A DNA stretch of 32,000 nt from Candidatus Syntropharchaeum caldarium (GCA_001766815.1 LYOS01000001.1:300001-332000); one strand, 5' to 3'; positions 17,649 to 25,370 are shown, counted from the stretch's first letter. Made by a program: numbers and translations. Notes: a model not told the origin generated them from the sequence alone.

Positions 17649-19850
17649 ATGGCAGAAGAAATTAAACTTGATCCTGAACTTCTTGCAAAGCTCTGTGAGC
17701 GAAAGATACGATCATGGCAGACCGATAATGCAGAACTCCTGAAAGCTACCAGGGCCGATCTGACTGAAGCCGAGCGTGCAGAGCTTCTCGAGAAGATGTA
17801 TGACGATGAAGAGGCGCTCAAGAAGGTTTTCCAGACCATGGGAAATCCGCAAGTGGCTGTTGGGATGGAATTTACCAGAGAGGGAGGAGATATCAGTGAC
17901 GAGGAGATGAAGGAAATCTGTGATCGATGGGGACTCACAAGAGAAGAAGTCGATCAGATATGTGATGAACTCTGGATCTCCGAACGTGATATTGCAACCT
18001 GTCCTGGTTTCCTCTTCGGAAGAGGTGTTCCACATCCGGACCAGGGAGACACCCCCGAGGCTAAAGATGATCCAACCCAGTCGATCTGGTACCACCGCCT
18101 GATGAAGACACAGATGCAGCTTGCGATGCACGAGTATGGAACGTACCAGCGTGCGATGAATGAGTCGGTACTGGCAAAAGGTTTTGGCGTGGAAGATGTA
18201 CGCGAAGAGACAACCGAGTATCCAGCAGGAGGTATCAGTCAGGTTCCAGAGAAGCTTGAATATGTTAAGGTCTCAAAGGAGATCGAGAAGCAGCGTGGTA
18301 TCTCACTCTACAGACCACACCTGCACTGGCATGGTATCGAGCTTGGACAGAAGCCATACGTCAAGTGGAAGATAACCGCAACGCATATGCAGCGACCATG
18401 CAGGACTTTCGATGGTCTCTCGATGGAACAGATAAACTTCCTGAACAACGCAGCCTGCCACCAGTGGATGGCTGATGTCCAGCGGACACACATATTCGGT
18501 CTGGATCTTGCCCACAGAACGGTTGAGAGACGATTCGGTAAGGAGGTTACCCCTGACTCGATCAACCTGTACATGGAGATGCACAACCACAACATCGCAG
18601 CAGGTTCACTGATCATGGAACACATCGGTGAGACTGATCCAAGGCTTGTTGCAGACTCCTATGTCAAGATTATAACAGGCAACGAGGCGATGCTCGAGGT
18701 GCTCGATCCACAGTACATAATCGATGTGAGGCAACTCTTCCCCGAGTATCAGGCATCACAGATCATGAACCAGATCGGTGATAAGCTCTTTGAGGTTGCA
18801 CGTATCCCGACACTTATCACGATGATAGGTGATCACGGGACAACAAGAGGATGGACAGGACAGCAGGCATCACTTGCGTTCCTCTCAGCATACAGAATCC
18901 CTGCAGGTGAGGCAGTAACAAGTGACTTCGTCTATACGGTTAAGCATGGAGATAACATTTTCATGGGTAACAGGTTGCCATGGAGGCGTGCCAAGATGGT
19001 AAACAATCCTGGCGGTGTATCATTTGGATATGCAGCCGATATATCACAGGCATCACGAGCTCCTGAGTCACAGGATCCATTTGATCCAGTGAACGTCTTC
19101 CTCGAGAGTGTGGCATGGTCTGGATACTATGATATCGGGTATCTCCACAACTACCTTGCAGGCGGTTCATCTGGATGGACACAGGTCATGATCACCCAGG
19201 GCTACTGCTCAGATATCGACAACGACTTCTGTTACAGGACACTCGATGCTGATACAATGACCCACTTCATGGGACTTGACTTTGCACCAACAAGTATGGA
19301 CTCACTCTACACTGCAACTGAAGGTATCGTTAAGTACGGTATGGAGTACTTTGACAAGATGCCGATCGCTCAGGAAACACTCTACGGAGGGCTCCAGCGC
19401 GCAGCTCTGATCTCAGCAGTCGGAGGTGCATCCACGGCATACTTCTGCAGAACTCCAACCTTTGGACTGCCTGGATTCTACCACGGTCTCCTGCTTTGTA
19501 AGGAAGGCTGGAACAGGCTCGGATTCTATGCATCCGATGGTCCACACCAGCAGGGAACATTCCATGCATACACCCTCATCGGTGAGTATGGAGGTCCACT
19601 TGAGTTAAGAGGTCCAAACTACCCAGACTACAACTGGTCAGTCGCACATCTTGGTATATACACTGCATACGTCAATGGGCCACACTTCCTCTGTGGACAT
19701 GGATACTCATGCAACCCGATCGTACACGGAGCATTCGCAGATCCATCGCTACTCTTTGACTTTGCCCACGTAAGAAGAGAGGTTGCAAGAGGAGCGGTCC
19801 ATGAGTTTATGCCCGCAGGTGAGCGTGACGTCGTTATACCGGCACACTGA
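17649..19850 (+). CDS. mcrA: methyl/alkyl-coenzyme M reductase alpha subunit, highly divergent (733 aa; long N-terminal extension; altered active-site motifs)
   Basis: Conserved McrA blocks: 'FLNNAACHQWMADVQRT', 'RRFGKEVTPDSINLY', 'VARIPT', 'VKHG...LPWRRAK..NPGGVSFGY', 'GGLQRA', 'RLGFY', 'ELRGPNYPDY', 'NPIVHGAFAD', 'EFMPAGERDVVIPA'. The first canonical block (KRGIP.YNPD-like 'KQRGISLYRP') only starts at residue ~214. Confidence 0.93.
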   Translation: MAEEIKLDPELLAKLCERKIRSWQTDNAELLKATRADLTEAERAELLEKMYDDEEALKKVFQTMGNPQVAVGMEFTREGGDISDEEMKEICDRWGLTREEVDQICDELWISERDIATCPGFLFGRGVPHPDQGDTPEAKDDPTQSIWYHRLMKTQMQLAMHEYGTYQRAMNESVLAKGFGVEDVREETTEYPAGGISQVPEKLEYVKVSKEIEKQRGISLYRPHLHWHGIELGQKPYVKWKITATHMQRPCRTFDGLSMEQINFLNNAACHQWMADVQRTHIFGLDLAHRTVERRFGKEVTPDSINLYMEMHNHNIAAGSLIMEHIGETDPRLVADSYVKIITGNEAMLEVLDPQYIIDVRQLFPEYQASQIMNQIGDKLFEVARIPTLITMIGDHGTTRGWTGQQASLAFLSAYRIPAGEAVTSDFVYTVKHGDNIFMGNRLPWRRAKMVNNPGGVSFGYAADISQASRAPESQDPFDPVNVFLESVAWSGYYDIGYLHNYLAGGSSGWTQVMITQGYCSDIDNDFCYRTLDADTMTHFMGLDFAPTSMDSLYTATEGIVKYGMEYFDKMPIAQETLYGGLQRAALISAVGGASTAYFCRTPTFGLPGFYHGLLLCKEGWNRLGFYASDGPHQQGTFHAYTLIGEYGGPLELRGPNYPDYNWSVAHLGIYTAYVNGPHFLCGHGYSCNPIVHGAFADPSLLFDFAHVRREVARGAVHEFMPAGERDVVIPAH

Positions 19851-19864
19851 GGAGGTAGTTAAAA

Positions 19865-20395
19865 ATGGTACTAACATTTGCATCACCCGAATGGTGTGAG
19901 GCTATAGGGAAGAGTATCAGCGAGGGACCACACAGTCACTGGTTCAAGTCATGTATGGAGGATCTCAAGGCAGGACTTGGTATCGGTGAGATTACGATGG
20001 TTGCAAGAGCGACTGATGCTAACGTCGCACTGGTCTGCGAGCTTACAACCGATGGTTGCAAGAACTGCTACATGACAACAGATCCTGATAGTGTACCAGA
20101 TGTCTTTATCGAGCTTTCTGGGACGCTGCACTCATGGCTCTCCGTACTCTGCGGACTCCAGCCAACATTTACAACGCTGGTTGGCCCCGTCTCATCGGAT
20201 ATCGACCGCAGGATCAACATAACGAAGTTTGCGGGAGGAATGGAAAATATCCCTTCACAGATCATGAAACCACTACCGTTGAACCTGCTGTACGCAGTCA
20301 CGCATGCTATAAAGGATGTCTGCATAGGACCAACCGATGTGACAGAGGTTCCAGGTGTGAATCTGGATATACTGATGGGCAGGGTGCACCACTAA
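19865..20395 (+). CDS. hypothetical protein, possibly SCP2-like hydrophobic-ligand-binding fold
   Basis: 176 aa, starting 14 nt after mcrA with a GGAGG RBS. The pattern 'SPEWCEAIGKSI...', a central 'ELTTDGCKNCYMTTDPD..PDVFIELSGTLHSWLSVLCG.L.P' and a helical tail resemble SCP2-type domains. This is a weak by-eye call with no similarity to McrC or McrD. Confidence 0.35.
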   Translation: MVLTFASPEWCEAIGKSISEGPHSHWFKSCMEDLKAGLGIGEITMVARATDANVALVCELTTDGCKNCYMTTDPDSVPDVFIELSGTLHSWLSVLCGLQPTFTTLVGPVSSDIDRRINITKFAGGMENIPSQIMKPLPLNLLYAVTHAIKDVCIGPTDVTEVPGVNLDILMGRVHH

Positions 20396-20408
20396 GGAGG
20401 GATGTTAA

Positions 20409-20822
20409 ATGACTGTTGACAAACCAGAACGAGAAACAGAGATCGCGGGACACAAGGTGAGGATCTACCCGGATCCATCATACCCGAGGCTCTCATGGGA
20501 AGAGGACTACGGCGCACCTGGACATAAGTTCCAGCTCAAAGGTGCAAACGCAGCAGGTCCATGTATTGTGAAGTGTCCAACCTGTGGACACACAATGCGC
20601 AAGTGGCACCTGCCGGGGAAGGCGTTCATCGTGCCACCTGACAGGAAGATCGCAAAGACCGTCTTTGAGTACTGTTCAAAGTGCGGCTCTATTATCGTCC
20701 TGAATGGTGTGCTTGCATCACCATGGGTTTCACCGGAACGTGTCAAGTGTCCCTACGACCTGAGCATAAAGAAGTTCAGTAAGCAGGAAAGAGAAGTTTT
20801 GCCAGACGATAGAGGGTGGTAA
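20409..20822 (+). CDS. small zinc-ribbon protein (4-Cys), function unknown
   Basis: 137 aa with 'CPTCGH' ... 'CSKCGS' about 35 residues apart. An AAGGAGG RBS is present, 13 nt after the preceding stop. Confidence 0.6.
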   Translation: MTVDKPERETEIAGHKVRIYPDPSYPRLSWEEDYGAPGHKFQLKGANAAGPCIVKCPTCGHTMRKWHLPGKAFIVPPDRKIAKTVFEYCSKCGSIIVLNGVLASPWVSPERVKCPYDLSIKKFSKQEREVLPDDRGW

Positions 20823-20828
20823 TACCCC

Positions 20829-20846
20829 TCTTTCTTTTATTTTTGT
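20829..20846 (+). terminator. T-rich tract, possible partial or attenuating archaeal terminator inside the operon
   Basis: 'CTTTCTTTTATTTTTG' lies directly after the zinc-ribbon gene stop. It is the only oligo-T intergenic tract between mcrB and the end of the operon. Confidence 0.25.
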
Positions 20847-20855
20847 GAGGTTTTG

Positions 20856-21365
20856 ATGGACGACGAACTCGATGAAATACGGCAGAAGAAGCTTGATGAG
20901 CTGACAGAAAAGATGGGAATCCAGGTGATGCAGAAGAAAGAGCGTAAGGTGGAGGAAGATGATGGTGGAATCTATGATCTTGTACTTCCCGGATGGATAC
21001 CACCATGGGTTGCAGAGAAGATTGCTCCCGAGGTGGGTGTTGAGCTTGTGGAGCGAAAGATACAGGGAGTGGTAACAGATCCTGAGACAGGTGCACCATC
21101 TGATATGATGAAGATGGCGCTGTGCATCAGGGGATCGCTTAACGACATAGAACGATTCAAAATGGCAGCGGTTGAACAGCTCAAGCAGTTTATGAAGAGT
21201 ACAAGTGAGCGAAAACTCACAGAACCATCAAGCTGGTGGAAACACTATCATATCGACGAATGGGATGATGTCAGAAAGAACAAGAACTATGACCCTGATG
21301 AAGAATGGAAGAGGTTTAAGAAAGCGGGGTTGGATAAATTCAACATTGAAGAAGTTTTTAAATGA
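20856..21365 (+). CDS. acidic hypothetical protein
   Basis: 169 aa from the ATG at 20856 (the track starts at an adjacent TTG, 20853). The N-terminal helix 'DDELDEIRQKKLDEL' is reminiscent of PDCD5-like proteins, but the rest is unrecognised. The C-terminus is Trp/Asp-rich. Confidence 0.55.
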   Translation: MDDELDEIRQKKLDELTEKMGIQVMQKKERKVEEDDGGIYDLVLPGWIPPWVAEKIAPEVGVELVERKIQGVVTDPETGAPSDMMKMALCIRGSLNDIERFKMAAVEQLKQFMKSTSERKLTEPSSWWKHYHIDEWDDVRKNKNYDPDEEWKRFKKAGLDKFNIEEVFK

Positions 21366-21368
21366 TAG

Positions 21369-22946
21369 ATGCAACTGCTTAAATTAAAAAATGTATCACT
21401 TGTTCTGAATGAAACAGAGTTACTTAGCTGTTTAAATTTTGAGATCAATGAGCAGGATATCATTGGTATCACTGGCAGGCGTGGTGCTGGAAAAAGCCTG
21501 CTACTACATCTGATAAAAGGGGTCGAGGGATACGAACCTGTAGCAGGAGAGATACGCTATCACATACGTTTCTGTGAAAGATGTAAACGTGTGGAGTTAC
21601 CTTCAAAGCCCACCTGTCCGATCTGCCACTCGCAGATGGAATTGCTCGATATAGACCTGCATGCTGATAAACAGATCCATGACGCGATAAAAAGACGTGT
21701 AGGACTGATGTTTCAGAAGACACAGGCACTCTTCTCATTCAGAACTGTGGAGGAGAATATACTCGAAGCCCTCAGAACAGCAAAGTTCCCATATGAGATG
21801 CGGGATGAGCGTACCCGTGAGATCATCGAGATGATGAATATAACACATAGAAGGGAGTTTGCCTGTATGGATTTGAGCTGTGGTGAGAAGCAACGGGTAA
21901 TAGTTGGGAGACTCATCGCACTCGACCCGCTCCTGATGCTCCTTGATTCGCCAGAAAGTTTCCTTGATCCTTTAACCACCTCGATGATCTGCAGTGCGAT
22001 ACGTGCTGCAGGTCTCACGGTTATGATGAGTTCATCGAGACCTCAAATATTCGAAGGTATCGCTGACAGGATACTTTTTCTCGATAAAGGAAAGATTGAG
22101 CAGTTTGACAGGGTCGATCCAGAGATGTTTGTGCAATCCACGCAATTAACTCCCACGCAAAGATCAGAAGGGGCGCCCCTCATACGGCTTAAAGGCGTAT
22201 GTAAGTACTATGCCATGCCGGTAAACCTCTACAGCAAAGAAGCGACGCATGTCAGGGCGGTTGACGATCTTGATATCACAATCCAGCGGGGTGAGATACA
22301 CGGGCTTGTGGGTGTAAGTGGATCTGGAAAGAGCACGATTCTCAAGATTATCTGGGGAGATGAGAAGACAAAAGATTTTAGGGGTAACTGCGAGTTCACA
22401 TTCACTGATGGAAGATATCGCCTGGATAGTCTGGAGGCGATCGCTCGTGCACGTACTCACATCTCATATCTTGGTCAGGACTCGTGTCTAATTCCATCCC
22501 GTACGATCTTCGATAACCTGAAGTCCTTTATCGCTGAAGATAAATTGCGGGAAGCAGCAATCGATAATGCTATGGAAGTCTTACTGCGCTTTGGATTTAG
22601 TGAGGAGGAGGTGCTCTCGCTCTATGATCGATTGCCATCTGAGATCAGTGCAGGTGAGGCACAGTTAATACTTATATCGATGGCAATTCTCCGCGATCCG
22701 GAGGTGATCCTGCTCGATGATCCCACATCTGCACTTGATGCTCAATCTGCAGCAAAACTTGCAGACGTGATACTTCAGATCAGAGCTACGTGTGGAACCT
22801 CGTTCCTCATAGCTTCAAACGACACCGATCTTCTTACAATATGTGATCATATTGATCTGATTCAGGAAGGACGCATGGCATACTGTGGCACGTCTCTCAA
22901 TGAATGCCTTAAGATCATGGACATAAACAATTCCCAAAGCTTATAA
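21369..22946 (+). CDS. atwA: methyl-coenzyme M reductase system component A2-like protein (tandem ABC ATPase domains)
   Basis: 525 aa with two ABC domains. The first is 'GITGRRGAGKSLLLHLIKGVEGYEPVAGEIRYHIRFCERCKRVELPSKPTCPICHS', that is, Walker A followed by the Cys4 insert remembered as typical of component A2. Signatures are 'LSCGEKQRV' and 'ISAGEAQLI'. The second Walker A is 'GVSGSGKST'. Confidence 0.8.
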   Translation: MQLLKLKNVSLVLNETELLSCLNFEINEQDIIGITGRRGAGKSLLLHLIKGVEGYEPVAGEIRYHIRFCERCKRVELPSKPTCPICHSQMELLDIDLHADKQIHDAIKRRVGLMFQKTQALFSFRTVEENILEALRTAKFPYEMRDERTREIIEMMNITHRREFACMDLSCGEKQRVIVGRLIALDPLLMLLDSPESFLDPLTTSMICSAIRAAGLTVMMSSSRPQIFEGIADRILFLDKGKIEQFDRVDPEMFVQSTQLTPTQRSEGAPLIRLKGVCKYYAMPVNLYSKEATHVRAVDDLDITIQRGEIHGLVGVSGSGKSTILKIIWGDEKTKDFRGNCEFTFTDGRYRLDSLEAIARARTHISYLGQDSCLIPSRTIFDNLKSFIAEDKLREAAIDNAMEVLLRFGFSEEEVLSLYDRLPSEISAGEAQLILISMAILRDPEVILLDDPTSALDAQSAAKLADVILQIRATCGTSFLIASNDTDLLTICDHIDLIQEGRMAYCGTSLNECLKIMDINNSQSL

Positions 22947-22970
22947 GGACGTGCAAACAATTACCTAACT

Positions 22971-23561
22971 ATGGTTCTTAAAGTTGACTTTGAAGAGATA
23001 GCAATGGGTAAGGGTGTCTATCCAACGCTGGCGGTGGGTGTACGCATCGAGAGTCCTGAACCATTTCAGGTTGTAGAACTCTTAAGCTGTGTGTGCACGA
23101 TCGAGACTGCTTTTAACGAAGAATCGATGATATTTCTGGGGTACGCACCGATCAGAGACTATCCGCAGATTGCAGAACATGCGCTTGTTGCGTTTGACAT
23201 TGAGCTCGATGGAAGAAAGCTTGCAACCATTGAAGAGCTGCGTGATGGCGGCGATCTCTGGTTACGTCTTGGAGGCGTCATGAAATATGCTGTCCTCTAT
23301 GAGCCAACAGAGTTTGGGTACGATAAGACGAAAGTTGTAAGGGATACCTTCGTGGTCAGGCAATTTGGACAGGCAAGAATACGTGTCGAGAAGGAAGAGT
23401 GGGAAAATTATCTATCGTTCCTCGCGCTCAAGCGAACAGTGTTGCTTGACACAGATACCATCACAAAGCTCGATAAGGTAAGGCCCATGATAAATCCTGA
23501 GTATGAGGACAGGGACATCATCAACGAATTGCTGGAGATGTATCTGAAGAAAAAAATTTAA
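22971..23561 (+). CDS. hypothetical protein
   Basis: 196-aa ORF, co-oriented, 24 nt after the A2-like gene and 9 nt before the chaperonin-like gene. No recognisable motif. Confidence 0.55.
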   Translation: MVLKVDFEEIAMGKGVYPTLAVGVRIESPEPFQVVELLSCVCTIETAFNEESMIFLGYAPIRDYPQIAEHALVAFDIELDGRKLATIEELRDGGDLWLRLGGVMKYAVLYEPTEFGYDKTKVVRDTFVVRQFGQARIRVEKEEWENYLSFLALKRTVLLDTDTITKLDKVRPMINPEYEDRDIINELLEMYLKKKI

Positions 23562-23570
23562 GGAGAAGCA

Positions 23571-25370
23571 ATGGCTGTAGATAAAAGAGAAAAGATACGA
23601 TATTTCAAAAAAACGCTCGAAGAGGAAGCGCAGCGGGCGATGCAGGAGTTCCAGATACATCAGGCTATTGCCGCAGAGGTAGCGAGGGAGCGCAAAATTG
23701 AAGAGCCAAAAAAAGTGCTGGATGAGAACATATCGGTGATAAGGGCATTCCATGACGCCGTAAAAACAGCATTTGGTCCCCGGGGTTCGTATAAGATGAT
23801 GGTGGATTCCTATGGTGAAGTCGATGTCACATGTGACGGTTCACTCATCATCGATGAGATGGATATAGAGCATCCAGCAGGCAAGATGCTGGCATCCACA
23901 ATCGAGAACCTGAACGAACTTGGGGATGGTGCGACAAAGACGGTGATACTCACAGGAGCACTCCTCAGGGAGGCAGAATCACTGATTTCGATGAAGATAC
24001 ATCCTGCTACGGTCATACGGGGCTATGAACTTGCATCGGCCTTTATTAGAGATACACTCAATGATCTGGCCATCGTGAGTGATGACGCCACATTGCTTGA
24101 GGTTGCAAGAACATCGCTTACCTCCCTCCCTGATCTTTCCGATGAACTGCATGAGCGTATCGCCGCGACGGTCGTCGATGTTGCAAAGTCGGTAACTGAG
24201 GAGGATGAAGTAGGGAAGAGAATAGTACAGCGAAAACGTGTGTGCGTGGAGCGGTCTGTTGGTGGAAGCACGTCTGAGCTTGAAACCCTGGATGGCATCA
24301 TTATCAACAGAGATCTTCTTGATGAAGATATGCCAGATCGTGTGGAAGATGCGAGGATTGCGTTGCTTGACTTCCCGCTGGAGATAAAGATGAAACGCGT
24401 GGAAGAGAAGTTCATGCGCGAGCGGCAGGGTAGTGATAAGCCGTATATTGCAATTAATGCTCCACCAGGTGTCAGCCCTGTGAAGGCGATGCTGGATCAT
24501 CTCGACAGGTTGATGCAGGATGATATCGATAAGTTGCAGCGTCTTGGTGTCAATGTTCTCTTCTGTCACAGGACGATCGATGAGGTTGCTAAGCGCTATC
24601 TAACAAAAGCCGGGATATTTGCGGTAAAACGGGTGGAAAGTAGTGTTCTCAGGGATCTTGAGAAGACCACCGGTGCAAAGACTGTAATTCTGCTTAAAGA
24701 TCTTTGCGAGGATGATATAGGAACCGCCTCGCTTGTTGAAGTGAGAAGATTTGGCAGAAACACGATGATCGTGGTTGAAGGCTGTCCTGGCGAGAGATTC
24801 AGGTCGGTTATGCTTCGAGGTGGAACACTTCATTCGATAAATGAGGTCCAGCGCGCATTTATGCGAACACTTAAGGTGGTTGCAGCTGCTATCGAGGAGA
24901 ATAAAGTGATCACTGGGGGTGGGCATACCGAGATTGAACTTGCGTTACGCCTCAGAACGTACGCCAATAGACTTTCAGGGAAGGAGCAGTTTGCAGTCTT
25001 ATCGTACGCAGATGCCCTTGAGATGGTCCCTGCAGCACTTGCAGAGAATATGGGCTATAACAGGGTTGATAAAATCGTTGAACTACGTTCAAAGCACAGA
25101 TCAGGCGATAAAATCGATACGAAACTGGTTGAACCACTCAGGATAGAGCGGCAGGTGGTATCTTCGGCAACAGAGCTTGCATGCGCCCTGCTAAGGATAG
25201 ATTACCAGATAAATGCCAAGAACAAGCTATCGACGCTGGATCAACAGTCCGTGGAACCACACCCAGATACTCCATCGGAATGCTTAGAGTATATGGCACC
25301 GCGACAGTGGGGCCTATGGGATGCACGAATGCGCACAGACAAGAGATCAGTTTACTGGAAGAATGACTGA
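23571..25370 (+). CDS. thermosome-like group II chaperonin (Cpn60/TCP-1 family) homologue, divergent
   Basis: 'AFGPRGSYKMMVDSYGEVDVTCDGSLIIDEMDIEHPAGKM', 'LGDGATKTVILTGALLREAE', 'IHPATVIRGYELA', 'GVNVLFCHRTIDEVAKRYLTKAGIFAVKRV' and 'VITGGGHTEIELALRL' align block-for-block with thermosome subunits. It has a ~45-aa N-terminal extension and an atypical Trp-rich C-terminus. An AAGGAG RBS is present. Confidence 0.85.
   Translation: MAVDKREKIRYFKKTLEEEAQRAMQEFQIHQAIAAEVARERKIEEPKKVLDENISVIRAFHDAVKTAFGPRGSYKMMVDSYGEVDVTCDGSLIIDEMDIEHPAGKMLASTIENLNELGDGATKTVILTGALLREAESLISMKIHPATVIRGYELASAFIRDTLNDLAIVSDDATLLEVARTSLTSLPDLSDELHERIAATVVDVAKSVTEEDEVGKRIVQRKRVCVERSVGGSTSELETLDGIIINRDLLDEDMPDRVEDARIALLDFPLEIKMKRVEEKFMRERQGSDKPYIAINAPPGVSPVKAMLDHLDRLMQDDIDKLQRLGVNVLFCHRTIDEVAKRYLTKAGIFAVKRVESSVLRDLEKTTGAKTVILLKDLCEDDIGTASLVEVRRFGRNTMIVVEGCPGERFRSVMLRGGTLHSINEVQRAFMRTLKVVAAAIEENKVITGGGHTEIELALRLRTYANRLSGKEQFAVLSYADALEMVPAALAENMGYNRVDKIVELRSKHRSGDKIDTKLVEPLRIERQVVSSATELACALLRIDYQINAKNKLSTLDQQSVEPHPDTPSECLEYMAPRQWGLWDARMRTDKRSVYWKND

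Noticed and set aside
19865-20822. The two genes after mcrA as divergent mcrD and mcrC
   Set aside because: Neither translation shows the remembered McrD or McrC motifs, for example the McrC 'GGIAQRGT'-like N-terminus. Position (after A instead of between B and G) and sizes also do not fit. They are kept as unknowns.
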